This document shows, piece by piece, positions 1 through 9,465 of a stretch of 41,666 nt of DNA. Origin of the DNA: an uncultured bacterium (GTDB lineage: Bacteria > Pseudomonadota > Gammaproteobacteria > Enterobacterales > Pasteurellaceae); NCBI GenBank assembly GCA_905215245.1, contig CAJMPC010000001.1, forward strand, positions 1-41,666. Reading direction: 5' to 3'. The notes under the pieces were generated by a model. The model was not told where the DNA came from. It worked only from the letters and a program-made list of their open reading frames with translations, and did not search any database. Position numbers and translations under genes: made by a program. Each line of letters starts with the position of its first letter. Within the stretch, counting starts at the first letter, position 1.

Positions 1-594
1 ATGACATCCTAGAAAACCACGATGTGCAGAAAGTGGAGAAGGGTGCGGGGCAGTTAAAACATAATGACGATTGCGATCAATAAATTGTCCTTTTTTCTGT
101 GCATGACTTCCCCAAAGTAAAAATACTATTTTTTCACGGTGCTCATTGAGTGCTGCAATTACTTGGTCTGTGAAGATTTCCCAACCAAATTTAGCGTGTG
201 AATGTGCCATGCCGCGCTCTACAGTTAGTACGGTGTTAAGCAGTAGTACACCTTGCTCCGCCCATTTCACCAAGTAGCCATGATTTGGCATTTGAAAACC
301 AGGAATATCGTTAGCCAATTCTTTATACATATTCAGTAGAGAAGGGGGAATAGCAACCTCAGGTTTTACCGAAAAAGCTAAGCCGTGTGCTTGATTTGGG
401 CCATGGTAGGGATCCTGTCCTAAAATGACGACTTTCACCTCATCAAACGCCGTATATTTAAAGGCATTAAATACTTCGTCTTGCGGTGGGTAAATGGTTT
501 TCCCCGCGAGTCGCTCTTGATGAACTTGTTGTAGAATGTGTTTAAAGTAAGGTTTTTCTTTCTCTTGACCGATAACATCTGTCCAGGTTTTCAT
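1..594 (-). CDS. ung: Uracil-DNA glycosylase (3' end runs off the window)
   Basis: Not in the ORF track. Manual minus-strand translation from ATG at 594 gives [18 protein letters not shown], and the frame contains the family-1 UDG motifs GQDPYHG and [14 protein letters not shown]. Confidence 0.97.
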   Translation of the reverse strand, partial: MKTWTDVIGQEKEKPYFKHILQQVHQERLAGKTIYPPQDEVFNAFKYTAFDEVKVVILGQDPYHGPNQAHGLAFSVKPEVAIPPSLLNMYKELANDIPGFQMPNHGYLVKWAEQGVLLLNTVLTVERGMAHSHAKFGWEIFTDQVIAALNEHREKIVFLLWGSHAQKKGQFIDRNRHYVLTAPHPSPLSAHRGFLGCH

Positions 595-669
595 TCTGTA
601 TTTCCTTATTGGATAAGCTTGGGCATATTATAAATGAAATTGCCTAGAAAGGCTTTATCTGTGAGTCGT

Positions 670-684
670 GTTAATATTTTGTTA
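670..684. promoter_or_regulatory. Candidate ArcA box in the ung-grcA intergenic region
   Basis: GTTA-ATATTTT-GTTA, a direct repeat with 11-bp period matching the ArcA consensus GTTA-N7-GTTA. Confidence 0.5.
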
Positions 685-723
685 ATTTTAAATGTATATT
701 GAAGCCTTGTTACACCTAAAATC

Positions 724-779
724 TTAATCTAGATCAATTTTTTAAAAATGCTCGAAAAAAAGAATCTGTTTTAGATCAA
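724..779 (+). promoter_or_regulatory. Two candidate FNR sites upstream of grcA
   Basis: TTAAT-CTAG-ATCAA (724-737) and CTGTT-TTAG-ATCAA (766-779) versus consensus TTGAT-N4-ATCAA. The E. coli grcA/yfiD promoter is known to carry tandem FNR sites. Confidence 0.6.
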
Positions 780-859
780 AATTAATTGAATTCTTCAAAT
801 AGTTTGATAAAATTTGCACAGTTTAATAAATATACAACCGCCAAATTAGGAGGCACTTT

Positions 860-1243
860 ATGATCAAAGGTATTCAAATTACTCAAGCAGCAAATGACAA
901 TCTTTTAAACTCATTCTGGTTATTAGACAGCGAAAAAAATGAAGCTCGTTGTTTATGTGCAAAAGCTGAATTCGCAGAAGACCAAGTAGTAGCAGTGAGC
1001 GAATTAGGCCAAATCGAATACCGTGAATTACCGGTAAACGTAGCACCAACTGTTAAAGTTGAAGGTGGTCAACACTTAAACGTAAACGTATTACGTCGTG
1101 AAACTTTAGAAGATGCAGTAAACAACCCGGATAAATACCCTCAATTAACTATCCGTGTTTCTGGTTACGCAGTACGTTTCAACTCTTTAACACCAGAACA
1201 ACAACGCGACGTTATTACTCGTACTTTCACTGAAAGCCTATAA
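860..1243 (+). CDS. grcA: Autonomous glycyl radical cofactor GrcA (YfiD)
   Basis: 127 aa with C-terminal glycyl radical motif [15 protein letters not shown]; strong RBS AGGAGG. Confidence 0.97.
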   Translation: MIKGIQITQAANDNLLNSFWLLDSEKNEARCLCAKAEFAEDQVVAVSELGQIEYRELPVNVAPTVKVEGGQHLNVNVLRRETLEDAVNNPDKYPQLTIRVSGYAVRFNSLTPEQQRDVITRTFTESL

Positions 1244-1264
1244 TTTCAGTTTGAATTAAAAAAG

Positions 1265-1294
1265 AAACCCCGAAGTAATTCGGGGTTTTGTTTT
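1265..1294 (+). terminator. Rho-independent terminator of grcA
   Basis: AAACCCCGAA-gtaa-TTCGGGGTTT followed by a T-rich tail. Confidence 0.85.
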
Positions 1295-1375
1295 ATGTAA
1301 AAGGTTTGAAAATTTGACCGCACTTTCGCTTTATTTTGTGTAAAATACCTAATGTTTTTACACAAAGAGGTATTT

Positions 1376-1975
1376 ATGAGAAAGTTATTTTTTAGTGGTC
1401 TAGTCCTTGCCTTAGTAGGTTGTTCATCAACTCCATCAAACCTAACGAAACAAGATTTTGTGGGAGATTGGTCTTGCTCAATCAAATATGAAGATATTGG
1501 AGTGGGAACTATTGATTTAATTTATCTTAAATCAGACGGTTCTCTTAAAGATGAGAATTTCATTTTTGATCATAGCTTAAGTAGATATGCTGAATTACCA
1601 ATTAAAGACTATTTCTCTTCACCGTTAAAATATTTAACTATTGCTAATGGTAGTTGGAGTTTTAATAATAATTATTTGGTATACAAATTAAAAAAACAAA
1701 GTGCACAACGTTTAATTTATCCTGATACATTTGAGAAAATACAACAGACAAAGAGCTTTAAGAATATTGAGAAAAGTGCTTTTAACATTTATTCAAACAA
1801 TATTGGTAAAGAGGATACTATCGAGTTGAAGGTGACTAAATTCTCAAGAGATAGATTCACGGTAGTTCAGCCTCTTACTAAAACATACGAAGGCGAGTGT
1901 GTACGTAAAGATAAGGCTGAGAATAAATTTAATGGTTTTTTAGAAGCACTTAAAGAAATATTTAAAGTTAAGTAA
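1376..1975 (+). CDS. Hypothetical lipoprotein
   Basis: Start moved to ATG 1376 (RBS GAGG at 1367-1370). Signal peptide MRKLFFSGLVLALVG-C with lipobox LVGC; AT-rich; no family recognised. Confidence 0.8.
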   Translation: MRKLFFSGLVLALVGCSSTPSNLTKQDFVGDWSCSIKYEDIGVGTIDLIYLKSDGSLKDENFIFDHSLSRYAELPIKDYFSSPLKYLTIANGSWSFNNNYLVYKLKKQSAQRLIYPDTFEKIQQTKSFKNIEKSAFNIYSNNIGKEDTIELKVTKFSRDRFTVVQPLTKTYEGECVRKDKAENKFNGFLEALKEIFKVK

Positions 1976-2007
1976 TGTAAAAGCCTCTTATTAAGAGGCT
2001 TTTACAT
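1975..2007. terminator. Bidirectional terminator between the convergent lipoprotein genes
   Basis: Perfect 16-bp inverted repeat ATGTAAAAGCCTCTTA-t-TAAGAGGCTTTTACAT. Confidence 0.85.
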
Positions 2008-2035
2008 ATTAATATTTAGTTTATTATTGTTTTTT

Positions 2036-2521
2036 TTAATTTTTCTGCATTTCGATGAGTGCATTTTCTTTTTCTCCAAATTTTTTCCCAGCATATTGGC
2101 AAACTTTTGCTGATATGAGAGATAAAGGAGTGGTATTTTGCATTTCTATTTTTTGTGCTTTTTCGGGGATGTCAAAAAGTTTTTCACCTTGAGCAAAGAA
2201 CTGAGTATATACTTCAAACTGATTGTTTGCGCTGAGTATAGCCGTCTTATCTGCACAATTTACCGTTGTTAGTTTTTTCATCGACGTGCCTTTTAGAGCT
2301 CGATCAGATGAGCTTATATTAGTTATTAAATAGTACGACAGCTCATTGGAGTTATCAGAATTAACACGGATGCTTGATTTATCTAGATAAAGAGGATCTT
2401 GACCATTTAGGACTTTTAAGTATCTATCTTGTTGCGGTAGTTCTTGATTTGGTAATAGTTTTAGTTGTGAACAACCAATACAAAACAAGCTGATTAATGT
2501 GATAGTTACAAATCTTTTCAT
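2036..2521 (-). CDS. Lipoprotein resembling surface adhesin Protein E (Adhesin_E family)
   Basis: Likely start ATG 2521 (MKRFVTITLISLFCIG-C). Motifs LYLDKSSIRVN, TVNCAD, VYTQFFAQG and KVCQYAGKKF align by eye with the recalled H. influenzae Protein E motifs YYIDSESIWVD, ILNCAN, FYDEFWGQG and IICANYGEAF. Confidence 0.7.
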   Translation of the reverse strand: MKRFVTITLISLFCIGCSQLKLLPNQELPQQDRYLKVLNGQDPLYLDKSSIRVNSDNSNELSYYLITNISSSDRALKGTSMKKLTTVNCADKTAILSANNQFEVYTQFFAQGEKLFDIPEKAQKIEMQNTTPLSLISAKVCQYAGKKFGEKENALIEMQKN

Positions 2522-2690
2522 AGGATTCCCTAGGGATATTGGTATTGATTGAGCCATATTGGGGATTATAGCATTAATTTTTAAATAAAAAACTCACCAT
2601 ATACATCCTTTTATTTTCTAGCGATTTCCACGCTTTTCAGGTACAATCCGCCAGTTAAATTTAATGATTTTTGAGAAAACTAATCTATTT

Positions 2691-4487
2691 ATGAAGAATA
2701 TTCGCAACTTTTCTATTATTGCCCATATTGACCACGGTAAATCGACCCTTTCTGACCGATTAATTCAGACCTGTGGGGGGCTTTCGGATCGTGAAATGGA
2801 AGCGCAGGTATTGGATTCCATGGATCTTGAGCGTGAACGCGGCATTACCATTAAAGCCCAAAGTGTAACCTTAAATTATCAAGCGAAAGATGGTGAAACT
2901 TACCAATTAAACTTTATCGATACACCAGGACACGTGGACTTCTCTTATGAAGTATCACGCTCTCTTGCAGCTTGTGAAGGGGCATTGTTAGTTGTGGATG
3001 CAGGACAGGGCGTAGAAGCACAAACCTTGGCAAACTGCTACACCGCCATTGAAATGGATTTAGAAGTTGTGCCGATTTTAAATAAAATCGACTTACCGGC
3101 AGCAGATCCTGAGCGTGTTGCAGAAGAAATTGAAGATATCGTTGGTATTGATGCGATGGAAGCGGTACGTTGTTCGGCGAAAACCGGTGTGGGTATTGAA
3201 GATGTATTAGAAGAAATTGTTGCGAAAATTCCTGCGCCAGAAGGTGATCCTGATGCGCCGTTACAAGCATTGATTATTGACTCTTGGTTCGATAACTATT
3301 TAGGTGTGGTGTCATTGGTTCGTATTAAGAATGGTGTGTTGCGTAAAGGTGACAAAATCAAAGTAATGTCCACCGGGCAAGCTTACAACGTCGATCGTCT
3401 AGGTATTTTCACGCCAAAACAAGTGGATACGACTGTATTAAATACCGGCGAAGTAGGTTGGGTTGTTTGTGCGATTAAAGATATTTTAGGGGCACCAGTA
3501 GGGGATACCTTAACGCATCAACACAATCCAGCAAGCCATGTATTGCCAGGTTTTAAGAAAGTAAAACCGCAGGTTTATGCTGGTTTATTCCCTGTTAGCT
3601 CTGACGATTATGAAGCTTTCCGTGATGCGTTAGGTAAATTAAGCCTAAACGATGCATCACTTTTCTATGAGCCAGAAAACTCAACGGCTTTAGGTTTTGG
3701 TTTCCGTTGTGGCTTCTTGGGGCTTTTACACATGGAGATCATTCAAGAGCGTTTAGAACGTGAATACGATCTTGATTTGATTACCACAGCACCAACTGTA
3801 ATTTATGAAGTTGAAATGACCAATGGTGAAGTGGTTTATGTGGATAGTCCATCAAAACTGCCACCATTAAATAATATTGCGGAAATTCGTGAGCCAATTG
3901 CAGAGTGTAATATGCTCGTGCCACAGGAATTCTTAGGTAACGTGATTACCCTTTGTGTGGAAAAACGTGGTGTACAAACTAATATGGTATATCACGGTAA
4001 CCAAATTGCGTTAACTTATGAAATCCCAATGGGCGAAGTAGTCTTAGATTTCTTCGATCGTTTGAAATCAACATCGCGTGGTTATGCGTCTTTGGATTAT
4101 GGTTTCAAACGTTTCCAAGCAGCGGACATGGTGCGCGTGGATATCATGATCAACGGTGATCGTGTTGATGCGTTAGCATTAATTGTTCATAAAGATAATG
4201 CACCTTACCGTGGCCGTGAATTAGTTGAAAAAATGCGTGAACTGATTCCACGTCAACAATTTGATATCGCGATCCAAGCCGCGATTGGCAACCACATTAT
4301 TGCGCGTTCAACGGTAAAACAATTGCGTAAAAACGTATTAGCAAAATGTTATGGTGGTGACGTGAGCCGTAAGAAAAAACTCTTACAGAAACAGAAAGAA
4401 GGTAAAAAACGAATGAAATCTTTAGGTAACGTGGAAGTACCGCAAGAAGCGTTTTTAGCGATCTTACATGTTGGTAAAGATAAATAG
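2691..4487 (+). CDS. lepA: Elongation factor 4 (LepA GTPase)
   Basis: [35 protein letters not shown] and C-terminal [14 protein letters not shown]; start moved to ATG 2691. Confidence 0.98.
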   Translation: MKNIRNFSIIAHIDHGKSTLSDRLIQTCGGLSDREMEAQVLDSMDLERERGITIKAQSVTLNYQAKDGETYQLNFIDTPGHVDFSYEVSRSLAACEGALLVVDAGQGVEAQTLANCYTAIEMDLEVVPILNKIDLPAADPERVAEEIEDIVGIDAMEAVRCSAKTGVGIEDVLEEIVAKIPAPEGDPDAPLQALIIDSWFDNYLGVVSLVRIKNGVLRKGDKIKVMSTGQAYNVDRLGIFTPKQVDTTVLNTGEVGWVVCAIKDILGAPVGDTLTHQHNPASHVLPGFKKVKPQVYAGLFPVSSDDYEAFRDALGKLSLNDASLFYEPENSTALGFGFRCGFLGLLHMEIIQERLEREYDLDLITTAPTVIYEVEMTNGEVVYVDSPSKLPPLNNIAEIREPIAECNMLVPQEFLGNVITLCVEKRGVQTNMVYHGNQIALTYEIPMGEVVLDFFDRLKSTSRGYASLDYGFKRFQAADMVRVDIMINGDRVDALALIVHKDNAPYRGRELVEKMRELIPRQQFDIAIQAAIGNHIIARSTVKQLRKNVLAKCYGGDVSRKKKLLQKQKEGKKRMKSLGNVEVPQEAFLAILHVGKDK

Positions 4488-4499
4488 GAAAGTAGAGCA

Positions 4500-5549
4500 A
4501 TGTCGAATGTATTTTTTATTCTGTTGTTAGCCGTAGGCTTTGCTGGTTGGAAAGCGTTAGATTATTTCCAACTGCCTAACACATTCAGTATTTTATTGCT
4601 GATTTTAACCGCACTTTCCGGCATTTTATGGTGTTATCACCGCTTTGCCGTGATGCCAAGACGTCGTCGTCAAATCGCACGCGCAGAACAACGCTCAGGC
4701 AAAGCATTAACGGATGAAGAAAAAGCGAAAATTGAGCCTATTTCAGAAGGCTCAGAATTTATTTCTTCGCTTTTCCCTGTGTTATCCGTGGTATTCCTTG
4801 TGCGTTCATTTATTTTTGAGCCATTTCAAATTCCATCTGGATCAATGGAAGCGACCTTGCGCGTAGGGGATTTCCTCGTCGTGAACAAATATACTTATGG
4901 CATTAAAGATCCTATTTTCCAAAATACGATTATTGAAGGTAACAAACCAGAACGTGGTGATGTAATTGTGTTTAAAGCACCGGAGCAAGCGTTACTTCGT
5001 ACAAGTTTAGGGGCAACACGAGCGGCTTATGCTGAAAATCTTGCGTTAACATCTAAAAACAATATGTCTGGTGTAGATTACATTAAACGTATTATAGGGA
5101 AAGGCGGTGACCGCATTATCCTTGATGTTGAAAAAAGTGCTTTAACACTGGTTTATGGCAAAGATGGCAAACCTTGCGAAGTAGATTGCCAAACTAAAGC
5201 GTTTGAATATAAACAAGAACCCACAAATCCAGCATTCCCAACGCAAGTGGAATATTTGGAAATCGGTGACGTGACACACAGTATTTTAGTGGAGCCAATG
5301 CGCCGTTATTCGGGGATTGAATTCTATCCACAAGAAGGCTTACCTACTGCTGAATGGATTGTGCCTGAAGGGCAATATTTTGTGATGGGGGATAACCGTG
5401 ATCATAGTGATGACAGCCGTTTTTGGGGATTTGTACCAGAAAAAAATATCGTGGGTAAAGCCACTTATATTTGGATGAGTTTAGAAAAAGAACCAAATGA
5501 GTGGCCTACAGGCTTCCGTTTAGACCGTTTCTTTACAAAAATTAATTAA
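4500..5549 (+). CDS. lepB: Signal peptidase I
   Basis: Catalytic motifs [15 protein letters not shown] and [11 protein letters not shown]; follows lepA. Confidence 0.97.
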   Translation: MSNVFFILLLAVGFAGWKALDYFQLPNTFSILLLILTALSGILWCYHRFAVMPRRRRQIARAEQRSGKALTDEEKAKIEPISEGSEFISSLFPVLSVVFLVRSFIFEPFQIPSGSMEATLRVGDFLVVNKYTYGIKDPIFQNTIIEGNKPERGDVIVFKAPEQALLRTSLGATRAAYAENLALTSKNNMSGVDYIKRIIGKGGDRIILDVEKSALTLVYGKDGKPCEVDCQTKAFEYKQEPTNPAFPTQVEYLEIGDVTHSILVEPMRRYSGIEFYPQEGLPTAEWIVPEGQYFVMGDNRDHSDDSRFWGFVPEKNIVGKATYIWMSLEKEPNEWPTGFRLDRFFTKIN

Positions 5550-5550
5550 T

Positions 5551-6234
5551 ATGAATCATTTAGATCGTCTAGAACGAAAAATTGGTTATCAATTTTCCGA
5601 TCTAAAAAATTTAAAATTGGCACTGACACACCGCAGTGCCTCCACTCAACATAATGAACGCCTAGAATTTCTAGGTGATTCGATTCTCAATTATGTCATC
5701 GCGGATGCGCTTTATCATCAATTCCCTCGTTGTAATGAAGGTGAACTTAGCAGAATGCGTGCCACATTAGTTCGTGAGCCAACCCTGGCGATGATTGCCC
5801 GCAATTTTGAGCTTGGGGATTATATGTCCTTAGGTTCTGGTGAATTGAAAAGTGGTGGCTTTCGTCGTGAATCGATTTTGGCGGATTGTGTTGAAGCAGT
5901 AATTGGCGCAATGGCATTAGATTCAAGCTTTGATAAAGCGGCAGATATTGTGCGTAGCTGGTATAAAACGTTACTCGCCGAAATTAAACCGGGTGATAAC
6001 CAAAAAGATGCCAAAACGCGCTTGCAAGAGTATTTACAAGGTAAGCATTTTGCCTTACCAACCTATGAAGTAATAAAAATTGAAGGCGAAGCCCATTGCC
6101 AAACCTTCACCGTAGAATGTACAGTAAAAAATGTACCCAATATTGACCGCACTTTTATTGCGAAAGGTTCTAGCCGCCGTAAAGCAGAACAAGCGGCCGC
6201 AGAACAAATCTTAAAAACATTGGAAATTAAATGA
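5551..6234 (+). CDS. rnc: Ribonuclease III
   Basis: Signature [10 protein letters not shown] and C-terminal dsRNA-binding domain (KTRLQEYLQ...AEQAAA). Confidence 0.98.
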   Translation: MNHLDRLERKIGYQFSDLKNLKLALTHRSASTQHNERLEFLGDSILNYVIADALYHQFPRCNEGELSRMRATLVREPTLAMIARNFELGDYMSLGSGELKSGGFRRESILADCVEAVIGAMALDSSFDKAADIVRSWYKTLLAEIKPGDNQKDAKTRLQEYLQGKHFALPTYEVIKIEGEAHCQTFTVECTVKNVPNIDRTFIAKGSSRRKAEQAAAEQILKTLEIK

Positions 6235-7145
6235 CCGAATTAAATCAAGAACAAGAGACCTATTGTGGCTTTATCGCTATAGTAGGTCGCCCAAATGTAG
6301 GGAAATCCACCCTGTTAAATAAAATTTTAGGACAAAAAATTTCGATTACATCTCGCAAGGCGCAAACTACACGTCATCGTATTGTGGGAATTAAAACGGA
6401 AGGTATCTACCAAGAAATTTACGTAGATACGCCGGGGCTTCATATCGAAGAAAAACGCGCGATTAACCGTTTAATGAACCGTGCAGCAAGCTCGGCAATC
6501 GGGGATGTAGATCTCATTATTTTCGTCGTGGATGGTACACATTGGAATGCCGATGATGAAATGGTGTTAAACAAATTACGTAATGCGAAAGCACCTGTCG
6601 TACTCGCCATCAACAAAGTTGATAATATTAAGAATAAAGATGATTTATTGCCATTTATTACAGATTTAGGCAGCAAGTTTAACTTTGCTCACATTGTGCC
6701 GATTTCTGCACAACGTGGTAATAATGTCCATCAATTAGAGAAAATTGTTCGTCAATCATTACGTAAAGGCGTTCATCACTTCCCTGAAGATTATGTAACG
6801 GATCGTTCACAGCGTTTTATGGCATCAGAAATTATTCGTGAAAAATTAATGCGTTTCACAGGGGAAGAGCTACCTTATTCGGTAACGGTTGAAATTGAAC
6901 AATTTAAAGTAAATGAGCGTGGTACTTATGAAATCAATGGCTTGATTTTAGTTGAGCGTGAAGGCCAAAAGAAAATGGTGATCGGTGCTCAAGGGCAAAA
7001 AATTAAAACCATTGGTATGGAAGCGCGTGCTGACATGGAACGCTTATTTGATAATAAAGTACACCTTGAACTTTGGGTAAAAGTGAAGTCCGGTTGGGCG
7101 GATGATGAACGTGCCTTAAGAAGTTTAGGTTATATGGATGAATAA
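6231..7145 (+). CDS. era: GTPase Era
   Basis: [17 protein letters not shown] and KH motif VIGAQG; overlaps the rnc stop. Confidence 0.98.
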   Translation: MTELNQEQETYCGFIAIVGRPNVGKSTLLNKILGQKISITSRKAQTTRHRIVGIKTEGIYQEIYVDTPGLHIEEKRAINRLMNRAASSAIGDVDLIIFVVDGTHWNADDEMVLNKLRNAKAPVVLAINKVDNIKNKDDLLPFITDLGSKFNFAHIVPISAQRGNNVHQLEKIVRQSLRKGVHHFPEDYVTDRSQRFMASEIIREKLMRFTGEELPYSVTVEIEQFKVNERGTYEINGLILVEREGQKKMVIGAQGQKIKTIGMEARADMERLFDNKVHLELWVKVKSGWADDERALRSLGYMDE

Positions 7146-7150
7146 AAAAC

Positions 7151-7179
7151 TTGAGTAATACTCTATACCGTCCTATTAT
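7151..7179 (+). promoter_or_regulatory. Candidate sigma70 promoter for the lipid cassette
   Basis: TTGAGT (7151-7156), 17 bp spacer, TATTAT (7174-7179). Confidence 0.45.
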
Positions 7180-7223
7180 TGGAAACATATTTATGTTTTT
7201 TAATAAAAACAAGGAGATGGTAG

Positions 7224-7829
7224 ATGAGTATCTATGCCTTAAAACCCAAATTTCAGAATTTACTTCGACCTTTAGTTAGGCAATTAGCGGCAAAAGGCGT
7301 AACGGCAAATCAAGTTACGCTAATTGCCTGCTTACTTTCTATTTTACTCGGTGTGGTTCTCGCACTATTTCCGACATTTTCTTCTCTTTTCTTCCTTATC
7401 CCTATTTGGTTGTTTTTGCGTATGGCGTTGAATGCCATTGATGGCATGCTCGCACGTGAATTTAATCAAAAAAGTCGATTAGGCGGCTATCTTAATGAGA
7501 TCACTGATGTCGTCTCTGATGCAGCACTTTACCTTCCTTTTGCTTTTGTCGCGCCTTTTGATGGTATTCAAATCTCAAGTATTATTTGGCTTGCCGCGTT
7601 GAGTGAGTTATGTGGCATTTTAGGGCAAGTTCAAGGCAAAACGCGTCGTTATGATGGCCCAATGGGTAAAAGTGATCGTGCATTCGTATTTGGTGTGCTC
7701 GGTTTACTCTATGCAGTGAATGGTAGCTTGCATTCACTTTTCTGGTGGGTAGCCAATATCGTCATGATTTTGCTCATTGTGACTTGTATTAAGCGAGTAA
7801 AAAATGGTTTAGCCGAAGTGACGGAATAA
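7224..7829 (+). CDS. CDP-alcohol phosphatidyltransferase family protein (YnbA-like)
   Basis: TANQVT and NAIDGMLAR...GGYLNEITD, a variant of the DxxDGxxAR...GxxxDxxxD motif; hydrophobic; N-terminus MSIYALKPKFQNLLRP typical of YnbA-like proteins. Confidence 0.88.
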   Translation: MSIYALKPKFQNLLRPLVRQLAAKGVTANQVTLIACLLSILLGVVLALFPTFSSLFFLIPIWLFLRMALNAIDGMLAREFNQKSRLGGYLNEITDVVSDAALYLPFAFVAPFDGIQISSIIWLAALSELCGILGQVQGKTRRYDGPMGKSDRAFVFGVLGLLYAVNGSLHSLFWWVANIVMILLIVTCIKRVKNGLAEVTE

Positions 7830-7840
7830 TAGGAGCAAAT

Positions 7841-8473
7841 ATGTTTGCGAGATTAATCGATTTTTTATTGTGTCGTTTTGCTTCTTTTATTACAGGCGTT
7901 CGACCACAAGCCGCAATTGTGGAACAATCTTCAGAAGGGCATCGTGTCTATTTTGCCAATCATAATAGTCATGGGGATTTTATCTTACTTTGGATTTCAT
8001 TGCCTTATGAAGTGAGAAAACAAACTCGACCTGTTGCAGGCAAAGATTATTGGACGAAAGGCGCAATTCGTCGCTTTTTAGCCTATAAAGTGTTTAATAT
8101 GTTACTGATTGAACGTAATAGTCAAGATCCAAAAGCTGCCATACGACAAATGAGTGAAGCATTAGTCAATGACTCCCTGATTATTTTCCCTGAAGGAACT
8201 CGTAAGATGGATGATGATTTGCCACTTCAACCATTTAAAAGCGGATTGTTTTATTTAGCAAAAGAAAATCCTGATTGTGAGTTTGTACCCGTTTGGATTA
8301 GTAATATGAATAATGTTTTACCAAAAGGCTTTATTTTACCGATCCCATTGTTATGTGATCTTTATGTAGGTGAGCCATTAAAGATTGGGACTGATGAAAC
8401 TAAAGAGGTGTTTCTGACTCGTGCTCAATCGGCATTATTAAGTTTAAATGTCAGTGAAAAAGGCAAATCTTAG
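7841..8473 (+). CDS. Lysophospholipid (1-acyl-sn-glycerol-3-phosphate) acyltransferase family protein
   Basis: PlsC-type motifs ANHNSHGD and IFPEGTR. Confidence 0.88.
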   Translation: MFARLIDFLLCRFASFITGVRPQAAIVEQSSEGHRVYFANHNSHGDFILLWISLPYEVRKQTRPVAGKDYWTKGAIRRFLAYKVFNMLLIERNSQDPKAAIRQMSEALVNDSLIIFPEGTRKMDDDLPLQPFKSGLFYLAKENPDCEFVPVWISNMNNVLPKGFILPIPLLCDLYVGEPLKIGTDETKEVFLTRAQSALLSLNVSEKGKS

Positions 8474-8479
8474 GAGCAA

Positions 8480-9415
8480 ATGATGACAGAAATATGGCAA
8501 CTCTTCGGTGGTTTATTTATCGCCTTAATTTTTGCTTCCTCAGTGGGATATATTTTAAAACGCAGATCGGGTGTGGATACAACGAATAGCGTTATTGATA
8601 ACCTGAATGCACGCATCAATGCTTGGTGGGTGATGATTGGGATTATCTTTATTGCGAGTTTATTGGGCTTTTATGGCGTAATTGGGCTCTTTTTGATTAT
8701 TTCATTTATGGGATTGCGTGAGTTTCTTTCTCTATTGAATATTCGTCGAGGCGATCATCTTGCGCTAGCCGCTTGTTTTTATGTGATCTTGCCATTGCAA
8801 TATTTTTTAGTCGCCATTGATTGGTTTAGCATGTTCACAATTTTCATTCCCGTATATGGCTTCTTATTTTTACCTATTCTGTCGGCATTACTCGGCGATC
8901 CGGCGCATTTCTTAGATCGTTCAACGAAAATTCAGTGGGCATTGATGATTAGTGTATTCTGTATTTCACATATTCCCGCTTTATTGACCCTTGATATCTC
9001 TGGTTATGAAGGAAAAAATCTTTTATTAATGATCTTCTTAATCTTGGTAGTACAGTCAAGTGATGTGTTGCAATACGTTTGGGGTAAACTTTTTGGTAAG
9101 CATAAAATTGCACCAACCTTATCGCCATCTAAAACAGTAGAAGGTTTTGTTGGTGGGGTATTAAGCGCAAGTTTATTAGGTATGTTGCTTCATTGGCTGA
9201 CACCATTTAATGCATGGCAAGCCTTTTTAATGAGTCTGTTAATTTGCCTAATGGGATTCTTAGGAGGGCTCGTGATGTCAGCAATGAAACGCAGTATGGG
9301 CGTGAAAGACTGGGGGAATATGATCAGTGGCCATGGTGGTATTTTAGATCGAATGGATTCACTTTGTTTCTCCGCACCTATTTTCTTCCATGTGGTGCGT
9401 TATTTCTGGGCATAG
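8480..9415 (+). CDS. Phosphatidate cytidylyltransferase family protein (YnbB-like CdsA paralog)
   Basis: SPSKTVEG and KDWG...GHGGILDRMDS CTP-transferase motifs; multiple transmembrane segments. Confidence 0.9.
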   Translation: MMTEIWQLFGGLFIALIFASSVGYILKRRSGVDTTNSVIDNLNARINAWWVMIGIIFIASLLGFYGVIGLFLIISFMGLREFLSLLNIRRGDHLALAACFYVILPLQYFLVAIDWFSMFTIFIPVYGFLFLPILSALLGDPAHFLDRSTKIQWALMISVFCISHIPALLTLDISGYEGKNLLLMIFLILVVQSSDVLQYVWGKLFGKHKIAPTLSPSKTVEGFVGGVLSASLLGMLLHWLTPFNAWQAFLMSLLICLMGFLGGLVMSAMKRSMGVKDWGNMISGHGGILDRMDSLCFSAPIFFHVVRYFWA

Positions 9416-9431
9416 TTATAAATCATGAAAT

Positions 9432-9463
9432 AAAAAAAGAGCGGTTAATTAACCGCTCTTTTT
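9432..9463. terminator. Bidirectional terminator built from two inverted near-USS copies
   Basis: AAAAAGAGCGGTTA-at-TAACCGCTCTTTTT; each arm contains AAGAGCGGT (8/9 match to the USS). Confidence 0.85.
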
Positions 9464-9465
9464 TA

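Noticed and set aside
1466..1475. GATTGGTCTT in the lipoprotein gene, complementary to one loop of the C4-like RNA
   Set aside because: A single 9-nt match with no neighbouring second target word; plausible by chance in 41 kb.
1246..1485. 79-aa minus-strand ORF
   Set aside because: Overlaps the lipoprotein start, a USS and the grcA terminator; no recognisable features.
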